From Psammoneis japonica (Eukaryota), in contig QPGO01000021.1 of assembly GCA_008632985.1 (NCBI GenBank), positions 682,001 to 746,000 of the forward strand: a stretch of DNA of 64,000 nt, read 5' to 3'. A program made the position numbers and the translations under genes. Shown here in pieces: positions 1 through 10,187 of this stretch (within the stretch, counting starts at the first letter, position 1; each line of letters begins with the position of its first letter). The notes beneath the pieces are model-generated. The model worked only from the letters and a program-made list of their open reading frames with translations, had not been told where the DNA came from and did no database searches.

Positions 1-1460
1 GTCTGACTTTTGCTGGCAAAGTTGAAGCCAAAGCATTGTTGCACACATGGAAGATCAGTTTGACAAGATTGCTTGTCAGCTGCAGTGCAAAACTGGTTCA
101 GAGTTGTTCAACAATTTCAAAGAGATTGTTTGCACAAAAGGAAAATGGTTGAATGTTGCATCAAGGGAGCAGTCTGTGGGACAAACACACCAGAAGGAGC
201 ACTTTGGCAAAACAATCTGTGCTCTGCCTTTGCAACACGGCATCATGAGGCCAGATGTGCACCATGCTGCAAAGGCAAGTTTGCCAGTGTGCAAGAAGTC
301 CTGTTTTTGCAAAACTCCTGTGCTCACATCAACTGCAATGGAAATCTTGTTTCTTTGTGCTGACTGCTCATGTGGCACTGCTCTCCCTGAACTCACAGAG
401 CAGGAGATGAAAAATGCACTTTTCTGCTTGTTCAGTTGGGCTGGTGGCACAACCCCACTTGCACACACACCCAAGTTTTTGGAGTTGCAAACCTGCATGG
501 GCAAAATGAGAAAAGATTTTCATCAATGGAAAGAATGAAAAAGATTGCAAGAAAGGATCCACCAGGCCAGCAATGTTGGTGATGGGAGGCAGAAGTGGCA
601 GCCAGCAGAGCAAGCAAAATGGGTGCAGACAAAGCAAGAGCAGCAAGGGCAAGTGAAAGCTGGCTGAGCAACCCTTGTCTCATTGTCTTTTGGTGCTGAG
701 GATGTCATGTTTGGGCACAATGTCATGACAATCTGAGTGACAACTCAAGTTGTTTGGGTCCATCAAATCGGCAAAAGGAGCGGAGCATGCTGCCTGTGGT
801 GGTCATGACAACCATGACAACACATGTGGCTGGGTCTGGTGGTCACAGACATGACAGGAGAGGATGTTGGAGCAGCCATGGTGGTGGCCAAGGAGGCTGC
901 TGCCACAACAGCACTTGCAGTCATTGTGCATTGTGGCACAGTCACACAGCAACACAGCGGCATGCTGCAAAACAACGGCGGAGGCAGCCCAGCCCGGATG
1001 GCAGCACACGACCAGCACCACTTCAATGGTCAAACTTTTGATGCTCCAGATGTGAGCTGCCACTGTTGTCTTGTTCCTTGAGCACAAGAATCAACTGAGC
1101 AAGTGGGCCCTCTCCATGGCTGCAATTCCTCCACTTGCCAAACAGCCACAAAGGGCAATCTCCTCTGAACTTTGCCAATTTTTTGAAAACTCGAGCTGCC
1201 TCTTTCACGCATTTGGAGGGTCCTTCACAGAAGACGTGTGTTGAAAGGACAAAATGGGGGAGGTGTCGAAAAGGGAAAAAAGGGAGATGAAGAGAAAGGG
1301 AAAGAGAGGAGTTTCAAGCCGTGAGCGAGCGAGGTGGATGTGGGCAATGCGGGCATCAATGCGGCGGGCAACGCGGCGCAACGAAAGTCGCTGCAATAAC
1401 ATCCGGGTGTTCATCGCACACTGAATAGCACCAGGGCACATGGCACATGAAACATGAAGC
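1..1460. repeat. Decayed, TpA-depleted repeat-like sequence of unidentified family
   Basis: Virtually no TA dinucleotides; overlapping Cys/His-rich, Tyr-free ORFs in all frames; no recognisable domain. Confidence 0.5.
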
Positions 1461-1564
1461 ACCAAGTACTTCTAACAACAAGTCAAGTAGGGTAACAAAG
1501 CGACACCTCACTCGAACAAGGCCCGCAACCCGCAACTAACCCTTGAACGCCTCCATAATGCAGT

Positions 1565-2452
1565 ATGCAAGGTAGAACGAAACGTAGGCGAGTTGTTTTG
1601 CCTTGGATTGGACTTCTCTTGTGTCTGGGTTTGTCATGGGCGTTACTGACAGTGTTGTGGTCAACAACTGGCGGTGACTTTTTGATGTCCCCGGCGAGTC
1701 AGCAAGAGCAACCATGCATGGATTATACGGATAACCTCTTTCATCTCATTGCCGCCTTGTTGGGTGACATGCCTATACGGGTTCGCCCCAGAAATCGATT
1801 GTGGGGGATGCCTCGATTGCATCGTGACCTACTTCGACTACTCGGGCCTGTTCAAAAATGTCGGTCGCATCTGAAGCGTTCTGCGGGGCAGGGAACCTTA
1901 CGAAACAGGTGGGCCACTGCCCAGAAAAAGCTGCAGGCTCTAAACGTTGCCTGTGAGGTTCAGAACAACAATACCGTAGCGCCCGAGAATACTACTCGAT
2001 CATCCGAGTGTTTGCATGTGATTCGTACAAGAAATCGAGTTTTGAGATGTGACATTCTCGACAAGAGGTGCGACACACTGGAGTATCAGGACAGCATGCC
2101 GTTCTGCGACTTTTGGAACAAAATACAGGCGTACAACACTGTTGTGTCGGTGCATGGCTTTCAGCTCATGGTGCCGGTTTTGGCGTCCAGAAGACGCATT
2201 GTGGAGGCACGGTGGGCGGGATACCAGGACTATTCCTACCAAAACCTAGCAGAAATGATTGGGTCAGAGTACCGGCTTGTTGAACTGTATTCGCCCGAAA
2301 GCAGGCTCAACGTATCAAGTGATGAAAGTCGGGAATGTATGAATGACAAGAGGTGCCGAAAGATGGAGCGAAAGAAGGATATCTTTTGTAGCACACCTGC
2401 ATCGAAGCTTGCAATGGAAAAGGCTCTCACTGGGAGCGCCACAGTAGATTAA
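1565..2452 (+). CDS. Type II membrane glycosyltransferase, GT61-like (295 aa)
   Basis: Basic N-terminus followed by a TM helix; C-terminal VVSVHGFQL...IVE...YQNLAEMIG resembles the GT61 HGAgL/E/Y-x-x-LA motifs; normal composition. Confidence 0.6.
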   Translation: MQGRTKRRRVVLPWIGLLLCLGLSWALLTVLWSTTGGDFLMSPASQQEQPCMDYTDNLFHLIAALLGDMPIRVRPRNRLWGMPRLHRDLLRLLGPVQKCRSHLKRSAGQGTLRNRWATAQKKLQALNVACEVQNNNTVAPENTTRSSECLHVIRTRNRVLRCDILDKRCDTLEYQDSMPFCDFWNKIQAYNTVVSVHGFQLMVPVLASRRRIVEARWAGYQDYSYQNLAEMIGSEYRLVELYSPESRLNVSSDESRECMNDKRCRKMERKKDIFCSTPASKLAMEKALTGSATVD

Positions 2453-2928
2453 AATTTTTTTACGCGGAGGGAAATTCTTTCTTGTTGGCCTCATCATGCA
2501 ACTAGGAACAGCAAGTAAAACACAACATTGAGAAATAAGGCTGACTTAGTCGCCTACTTCGAACACAGCGAAAGGTGAGCAACGAAATTTCACGAGAGAA
2601 AGCTCGACAGGAACTACAACTCGAACAAGAAATTCGAACAGTACCTACGGTCAATGCTGTTATCGGTACGTCTGCCCACTTTCAATGATACGACTGGGCT
2701 TTGAAGTAAAGCAACGATGACAAAACGCGTTGCCAAACTTGCTCGCATTGGAAAATTCCGCTTGCGGCCCTGCAGTTCTACTATGAAGAAAATCTTAGAC
2801 TAGAGTGATGGATTTCTAAAGCTTACCTATTTTTTACTGATGCGAAAATTTATTAGGACGTCGTGATCCATACGCTTTGTCCGGCATTCACCACGACAAC
2901 CATACGTAGCTTTTCCGTTCGCGTTCAA

Positions 2929-4974
2929 CTACTGCAAGCTCTTTTGTTCACGCCACAAGCGAGCGCATTCCTTCATAACTTGAGGCTGAGTTACCTTTTC
3001 ATTCGTATCACTTTCTAATTTCGCTCGGACTGCCTTGGAGTTGTTCTTGACAAACAAATTATAAGCCGAAGGCGGGGCCTTTTTGCGCGGTGTGCGATCC
3101 ACAACACCCTTGTTGCCGGCAGAAGGAGGCTCAATCTCTTGCAACATACTCTTGCATTTTCCGCAACGGTGTTTGGTGACGCTCACGCTGCGACTGTGTC
3201 GTTGGATCACCACGTTACAGGCCTTGTTGGTACACGCCCAAGCATACTTGAAGGAAATGGCATAGTCGTGCGTTGTAGTAACTTCCACATCGGGTACATT
3301 AGCCATGGCTTGCTTGGCCCATTTGCGAAAGCATGGTCCGTGTGGCGGTTTGCTGTTCTTATCCACCAACCAAGCAGCTGCATGACACATCTCGTGTAGC
3401 AAAGTAGAACGCAGTCGGGACTGGCTGTCAATAATCTTGCTGGACAGCTCGATGGTTGCAGAGTATTCAACGTCTTGATTGTACTGCTTAGTTTTCTTGA
3501 GACGAGTCAAGCCAGCGGTAGTACGAAGCCTGTTAGACCATTCCAATGTTGTGGAGGCAGACAACCGTCCGCCAAAAGCTGCTTTGTCAAAATTAGAGAA
3601 TGTCCCTTTAGCGATTTCCTCTCGCGACTTTCGAAACGCAGAATTAGATAGCGACTTTGAAGAGTTGGCCAGACGAGATTTGGTCGTTGTTGGGCGTGGT
3701 GCTGGCTTGACGATCGGAGGTGGAGTATCCGCTTCTTTTTCACTACTTGTGGAGCCGTCGTCAATTTCCTCTTGCAACTTTCGAAGCATAGAAGTATATA
3801 GCGACTTTGTAGCTTTTGATGGACGAGATTTGGTCGTTGTTGGGCGTGGTGCTGGCTTGGTAAAGGGAGGTGGGGTACCCGCTTCTTCTTCACCATTTGT
3901 GAAGTCTTCGTCAATTTCCTTTTGCAACTTTTGAAGCACCGAAGTAGATAGCGACTTTGTAGCTTTTGATGGACGAGATTTGGTCGTTGTTGGGCGTGGT
4001 GCTGACTTGGCGATCGGAGGTGGGGTATCCGCTTCTTCTTTACTACTCGTGGAGTCGTCGTCAATTAAGAAACGGGAGGTGGCCCGAGTAAGTTCTTGAA
4101 TGGATCCATCATCATCATTATCAACGAGATTTACCAAGGTAGCTTGATCTTTCTGCTCCCCTGTGTTAGAGATGCTATCTCTTTCCGAACCAGAGTCGTA
4201 AAGAGAAAATTGCTTCGCTGGTGAATTTTTGTTGCTCTGGGGAGTCGGTGAAATCGTTGGAATGCTGATATCGGCTTTATTCAAATCTAATTCCAAAAGA
4301 GGCTCTTCAATAGACAATTTGATATCCGGGCTGCTTTTTAAACCATTGCCTTTTGTTTCTGTGTCGCTCTCTTCGTTTTCTGAATCAGACGAAAAGATTA
4401 CAGCGGCCTGTCGTGATTTGAAGACCTTTCTGGCAGGCGGACGTTGCATATTTTCCTCTTCGTCGTCGCTGCTGCTAACAAGGTCAATTACTTGCGATGA
4501 AGACTCTGCTCTAATGGAGCGACTGGATTTCTGATTTTTCGGAGGAGCATCAATGAGATCGAAAGAAGAATCGTCGGAACACCTACTGCTTTCCTCATCG
4601 TCGGGACGAAACCAAGAGGAGTCTGAACTGGAATCCAACAACTCGATAAATTCACTTTCAGGATGATCTGATATTGTTGACTTGTTCGATGAGCTGTCTT
4701 GTTGACAGGCGCTTTTATCGTGGTCTTCTTTCCGGTCTTCGTCCTCTCCTCCTTCGCTCCCATCAACCACCTCAAAATCGCTGTCGGATGATTCTGATTC
4801 GACGGCGTAGTCGCCCTTCAAGAGGCTTGGCGGTAAAAAGCTATCAGGTGCGCAGCATGGACACGAGCTATCGTGAACTTCAGCATCGTCTTTAAAAGTG
4901 TCCCTCTCAACGTCAACAGCGAGACTCTTTGCCCCATCATCATCTCGTCGTACTTCATCACGCGTCATGCTCAT
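2929..4974 (-). CDS. GCNA: GCNA/ACRC-like SprT metalloprotease with acidic disordered N-terminus, Zn ribbon and C-terminal HMG box
   Basis: WSNRLRTTAG, TLLHEMCH (HExxH), PHGPCFRKWA, CTNKAC..RHSRS..CGKC, then PSAYNLFVK...VMKECARLW (HMG). First ATG is at 4974; the ORF track starts at a TTG at 4983. Confidence 0.85.
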   Translation of the reverse strand: MSMTRDEVRRDDDGAKSLAVDVERDTFKDDAEVHDSSCPCCAPDSFLPPSLLKGDYAVESESSDSDFEVVDGSEGGEDEDRKEDHDKSACQQDSSSNKSTISDHPESEFIELLDSSSDSSWFRPDDEESSRCSDDSSFDLIDAPPKNQKSSRSIRAESSSQVIDLVSSSDDEEENMQRPPARKVFKSRQAAVIFSSDSENEESDTETKGNGLKSSPDIKLSIEEPLLELDLNKADISIPTISPTPQSNKNSPAKQFSLYDSGSERDSISNTGEQKDQATLVNLVDNDDDGSIQELTRATSRFLIDDDSTSSKEEADTPPPIAKSAPRPTTTKSRPSKATKSLSTSVLQKLQKEIDEDFTNGEEEAGTPPPFTKPAPRPTTTKSRPSKATKSLYTSMLRKLQEEIDDGSTSSEKEADTPPPIVKPAPRPTTTKSRLANSSKSLSNSAFRKSREEIAKGTFSNFDKAAFGGRLSASTTLEWSNRLRTTAGLTRLKKTKQYNQDVEYSATIELSSKIIDSQSRLRSTLLHEMCHAAAWLVDKNSKPPHGPCFRKWAKQAMANVPDVEVTTTHDYAISFKYAWACTNKACNVVIQRHSRSVSVTKHRCGKCKSMLQEIEPPSAGNKGVVDRTPRKKAPPSAYNLFVKNNSKAVRAKLESDTNEKVTQPQVMKECARLWREQKSLQ
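3615..4065 (-). repeat. Three intragenic 150-bp (50-aa) tandem repeats in the GCNA-like gene
   Basis: The unit IDD..EADTPPP..KPAPRPTTTKSR..KSL recurs with a 150-bp period (tcaatt at 3761, 3911, 4061). Confidence 0.9.
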
Positions 4975-5269
4975 TCTTGTCAAAATTTCGAATCTTGTAG
5001 GTATCCGTGTATCAATTCAAGTCCTGAAAGAACTTACAGTGGACAACAACGTTCATTCAAAGGCATTGACCTGGGGCCGGATCACATGTAAGCCGCTAAG
5101 ATGTTGCACCGTCGCTGTGTCTCCAATTAATCGTCAACGTCTTTTGGCGTTTGTCGTCATTCAAACAAAACTGAGCAACGGATTTATTTGTCTCTGCGTA
5201 GAATTTGTAGCAGAGCCTACAGTACGTGAAGCCGGCAAGGCGGCGGGTGTGCCCGAGGGGGTGCGGGCG

Positions 5270-5790
5270 ACGGAGCGACGATTAGTCGTGGTGATCAGGC
5301 AGAAATTTTTTGCTGACGTGGACGCACGACTTACTCGCACCCCATCCATCGCAACTTTTATTTTTTGCTTCCAGTTTGCTTCTGCTTTTTTTCCTTGCAT
5401 CTGCCATCCACAACGTCAGTGGCCGCAAAGAGGGGTCCCTTTTCGTTCATGTCAAGAAGAATTGAGAATGGGCTGTTCGAACGTTGGCAGCAGCTGCAGA
5501 GTCGAGCTGTGCTCCTCTTTTGCTGGCCTGTTTTTGTCGTGATGGAAAGGACATCAACAGATGCCTTTGCCATTCGGGGGTGATGCACTTTTGGGACAAG
5601 AAGCACTTGACTGTTTGTGGCACACTGTCAGAAATGACAGTGCAGCCAGGTGACTGACGTTGCTCGAAGAAGCTGTGAAATTTTTGAACCAACAGCAGAA
5701 GAAGATGTGGTGGAAAATGAGAAGGTCATTGTTGTGATTGAAAACAATCTGCCAGAACCTCCTGCTGATCTTGACAAAGAAACCTTGACT
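5270..5790 (+). pseudogene. Decayed 5' fragment duplicated from the kinase gene at 16224
   Basis: Aligns by eye with ~16070-16555 (e.g. CTGCCAGAACCTCCTGCYGATCTYGACAARGAAACCTTGACTG); contains stops and frameshifts. Confidence 0.85.
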
Positions 5791-6619
5791 GCAGCCTCTC
5801 ATTTTTTGTTTTCAGATTGGCGCGCGGCATCTGTCTCACTGGCGCCGGGGTGCTGGGTCTGTGTGGCTCCATCTCTGCGAGATGCCCCCCACAAAAAGAA
5901 TGCGCACCTTCCAGCAACCAAAAGGAAGTGAGATCATTGAAGGCAGTCTTGTTGTCAGTGCGATTGGGGGTTTTCCCAGCACAATTTGCGTGCACAAGAA
6001 AACACGCAGGATCTGTCCAGCACTCCAAATGCCCCAATCTCACTGATTGACAGAGACCATTTTAGTGCAAATCTGTCTGTGTCCCCCCCCCCCCTTGCCC
6101 TGATCCTCAACCAGACCAGAGACAGATGGGCAAAACAAAGTCAGGATTTGGGGCTGACCAGGTTCAAAATGACCAAATTTGCAAGTGGTCTTTGTGTGTG
6201 AAATGGTGTCCAATGACTTTCAAAGGTTTCGGGGCTTCATGAAATTTGCCATGTAAGTTGACATGTGACATGCCGAATTTCAAATTGCCCCAGTCATTTT
6301 TGGGTTGGGATGCCATTGACTCCTGGCCAATCAATTGACTGTTTTTCTAATTTGAGGTCACCGGTCACAAACGTTTTAATGCCAGCAGCTGCTTTTGTCT
6401 TTCAATTGTTCACCCTCGTTTGTGAATGTGACATGGCACTCATTTTCCATTGAGATGATGGACGTTCTGGTTTTGTGCGTGTTTTTGTGTGCAATCTTGC
6501 TTTCAAACTGGCGATCATGTGTGTGCAGACAACTCAACCCCCTTTGTTTCTGCGACTGACAAGGACAATCTGCAAGCCCAGATTGCAGCTGCATTGTTAA
6601 AATCAGTGTCCGATGTTCA

Positions 6620-7780
6620 CAACCTTTGGTTGCAATGCATTCTGTCTTCATTTGCAGCAGGAGTGTGAGAGCCTTCTTGGAGCCCTCTTGTGCACCTCAA
6701 GTGACAAAGCATCTCATTTGATGCCAGCAGTGACATGCCGCCCTTCATTTTCCTGCCATCAAGCTTCTTCCTAAAATAAAGTCCCTTTCTTGTTGTCACT
6801 CTGGACAGAACCACATGAACTTTTGTCTCTGTGATGGTCAAAGTTGTTGACAACCAAGGTTCTCCCCATTGTCCTCCCCTGGAGCTTGTGCCCAGTTGTT
6901 GCATTGTTGCACCAAACTGGGAACTGAGTCATCTGCATCACAGGGACAGGAAAGTTGGCTGCGCATGTCTCTCTCCTTGGAGCATCACAAAATGGACCCC
7001 CCTGCCTTGCTTTTCCTCATGCCACAAGACAATGGACTCAACTTGCAAAAACACAGGCTGATCTCACCCAATGACTGTTGATCATCATCAACTCCAAATC
7101 ATCTGAAGAAACACCTTTCTTTAGCTGCACTCTCTTAAAAAGCTGATGGTGCCACTGGCTTCCTTTTTTTCATGTCCTCAATGAGGCTCATCTCATCAGA
7201 GGGCAGCCATGGCAAAGCTTGAGATGTGGGTTCACATGCCTTGATTTGTTCTCAGCTTGCTTGACATGAGCATCTGGACAGGCTGCAAACAAAATGTAAA
7301 TCCACATGCTCATGCCTGCTGGTGCTCTGCTTTTTTTTTCACTTGAGGTTGCTTGCCCACACAAACCACACAACAGCATGGGTTGGAGGTGGTGTGCAAG
7401 AGATTTTTGAGTGTGTTGTCTCTAACACCTTCTTGAAAATGCCACCACTGACAGCATTCTGGCAAAGATTGGTGGTGGTGGCATGGGCTGCATTGCTGAG
7501 GATGATGTCACTGGCTTTCCTTCTTTGGCCCAGCCCCCAGTCTTGCCAGACCCAAATGCAATGACGCGCTTGTTGATTTCCTTCACATCAGCCCTTGAAT
7601 TGTTCAAAAGCATGAAAAAATCTCACCCTGCTGCACTGGACCACCCTCAAATCGGTGATTTCCTCTGAGTTTGACAAACAATCAATTGAGCCATTGACGC
7701 CATTCTTGTTCAAAGTCTTTGGTGCAGACAAAAACAGCCAAGCCCAAGAAGAACTTTGTGGATGTCCTTCTCTCTGAGAA
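6620..7780 (-). mobile_element. Decayed PIF1-family helicase remnant (Helitron-like)
   Basis: The minus strand gives LKLCHGCPLM, ATTGHKLQG (~6880-6905) and HVVLSRV, matching PIF1 motifs LxLxxGxPxM, AxTxHKxQG and YVALSR with Y->C/H changes. Confidence 0.6.
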
Positions 7781-8171
7781 TGACAAATGGGACAATGTTC
7801 ATCATTAAAAATTCAAATTTTTATCTCAACTCCATGTCGTGCATTGTAGACAATGAGACACAGTCGTTCAGCGAAGCGTCCAATTCTACATTACTCTCTT
7901 CGACAGTCTCACTTCCAAAGACGCCCCCCAAACTGTCAAGCTGGTGGCAGGCCAGCTAGAACTAGCGACAATGGTAGCGGAATTCTGACAGGGGATAGCC
8001 GAAGGGCCCTCTGTTTTGCAATATTTACTAGAACAAAGACGAGTCACGTAGTCTTTCTATGTAACAAGTTCTATGTGTCACGTACCATAATTCATATCAT
8101 AATGCAAACGTCAGCTACTTCCAGAGCAGCGGATCGCAAACGATTGTTATCGACAGCAAGGGTCTTGATCT

Positions 8172-9644
8172 TTAACCGCTGCACTTTCCGTTGTTCCTGC
8201 AATTCCCGCTGCAGCAAGCCGTCGGTGCAGCACAAGGGTCGTTCTTTTCCCCGCACGAGTTTGGAGTGGGTGAAAGAGTTGCGGTGGGTGGGGGGCTGGC
8301 ACTTGGAGTTGGTACAGGAGTGAGGAGGGGACCAGCTGGACCCAAGCAAACTCGGCTACTCGGCTTTCCACTACTGCAATCGTTTAGCTGACAGTCACTG
8401 TCTTGGACACAGGACTCTCCTACACAGCAATTAGGAGAACAACTCTGGCCTGTTGAGCATGATACCGTTGGGTTTGTCGTAGACACGATGGTAGGCATCC
8501 CTGTCGGAGACGTCGATGGTACACTTGAGGGAAATGGGCTCAACGTTGGTGACGCAGTCGAAAAGGCGAAATTCGGACACGCGTTCGTGTTGTGGTCAAA
8601 CAGGAGCGCCAGTCCGCAAGGAGATTGAATCATCCCCGATCCTGAATGAGCAATACCGGGTGCGACCTTGACAGTGCTTGCTAATCCAAACTCCTCCAGA
8701 GCATGATAATAGAATGTAATACCGCGTTCAAACCGGTTGTCGCCCTGAAGGTCTCCTTCGCAGGATACGTCCAGACTGCCGGACCGAGAGGTATCATTTT
8801 CTCCAAGGAATACAACAACGTTGCGACTCTGATAATTCTGCTCCAGAGCAGTAACCCCGACGGAGGTCATGTAGTTGTTCAAACCATCCAGCCCATATTT
8901 ATAATCGTTGTATTCAACGCACGACGTGGCATCATAAACGTGTGTGGCTGCATCGGGGATGGAAAAGACGGTCCCACCGGAGTTTTGCTCAGCTCGAAGA
9001 TTCGAAAAGTAAAGGTAGGAAGAGGGATTGGCAACAACGTACTGAAAGGTAATGGTAGGCGACACCAAGTCTTGACCGCTCCCACCAGCCGCATAGCGAT
9101 GAACAAACTGTCCGCCAGCTGAATGGCCAACCAGCGTAAGTTGAGAGAGATTGGGATACACAGCGGCAGAAGCCAAGCTGCTGATCATCTGATCCACAAT
9201 GGCAAAAGAGGAAATCGTAAAGGGTCGACTGTAAGGATTGCTGTTGGAGGTGTTTCCCTTTTTCCAGCCACCGCTAGACCAATACAGGTTGGTCGAATCC
9301 AGGTTCAAAGCGGCTATGTCCTCGTCAGTTATAAACTGAGGAGCCAAAATAACCGTACTGGCATAAGCGCTTGGATCTACTAACGCTCCCGCTTGTTCCA
9401 CATAACTTAAGTAGTCATCAGCGTTTCTCGAATTGCCGTGAACAACAATGACTGCGTTGGTAATAGTGCTGGGGTTCGGCAGCGAGGAAGAGCCAAAGAG
9501 GTCGTCGACGTTGGAACAGTATCTTGCATAGAGAGTATCAGAGCCCTCAGTTACGCTGAACCTATTGTCACATACGACATCAATCGCAGCGTAGCAGGGC
9601 GTCGCTGCGAGCAAAAGCTTGAGCGTCAACGCTGCGAACTTCAT
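8172..9644 (-). CDS. Secreted alpha/beta hydrolase with Pro/Thr linker and Cys-rich tail (490 aa)
   Basis: Signal peptide; VVHGNSRNA, LAPQF, GHSAGG nucleophile elbow, GIAHSG; C-terminal PT-rich and Cys-rich modules. Confidence 0.85.
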   Translation of the reverse strand: MKFAALTLKLLLAATPCYAAIDVVCDNRFSVTEGSDTLYARYCSNVDDLFGSSSLPNPSTITNAVIVVHGNSRNADDYLSYVEQAGALVDPSAYASTVILAPQFITDEDIAALNLDSTNLYWSSGGWKKGNTSNSNPYSRPFTISSFAIVDQMISSLASAAVYPNLSQLTLVGHSAGGQFVHRYAAGGSGQDLVSPTITFQYVVANPSSYLYFSNLRAEQNSGGTVFSIPDAATHVYDATSCVEYNDYKYGLDGLNNYMTSVGVTALEQNYQSRNVVVFLGENDTSRSGSLDVSCEGDLQGDNRFERGITFYYHALEEFGLASTVKVAPGIAHSGSGMIQSPCGLALLFDHNTNACPNFAFSTASPTLSPFPSSVPSTSPTGMPTIVSTTNPTVSCSTGQSCSPNCCVGESCVQDSDCQLNDCSSGKPSSRVCLGPAGPLLTPVPTPSASPPPTATLSPTPNSCGEKNDPCAAPTACCSGNCRNNGKCSG

Positions 9645-9927
9645 TGTCGCCGGAAACAGAAGATGAATGAGGGGTGATGAGGGGCGTGAAGGATGTGGGA
9701 TGTGGCCATGCCGTAAATCGTTAAAATGTATCTACCCTTTTTTTCGATTTTTGAGTCCTTGGGTATTAAAAATACTGTAATGGCTTGGATACGCCCACAA
9801 CGGTAGCGGTAGATTAGACCGAGCATTTGAGCATTTTCGATGACTTTCAGATGGGGCGACACTTGAGGCGAGGGTCGCGCATTGGAGTTTTTGACTCCCG
9901 AACCTGTTTTTTCCGGAATAGATTTGG

Positions 9928-9968
9928 CAACTTTCAGAAGAAGTAACCCGAAAGTTCTCTGAAAGTTG
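9928..9968. repeat. Inverted repeat CAACTTTCAGA..TCTGAAAGTTG, candidate left end of the YR-RusA element
   Basis: Perfect 11-bp arms with an internal CCGAAAGTTC; same core as the hairpins at 14058-14140. Confidence 0.6.
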
Positions 9969-10187
9969 ATGTAAATATAACATCACATGTCTGTATACAC
10001 ACATAACCTTGAAACGCGCCAGAATTTTTACATATCAGATTCACCACCACCCGCAAGACTTCTGCGATACCGTGCTAAAGTTCGAGACTAGAGACACGGC
10101 ACGGAGGAGATATCGTCTCACAAAAAAGCAGACGCAGCCACACAGCTGTCACAGAAGCCACCCGCAACAACAGAGCAGCCGTGCAGC

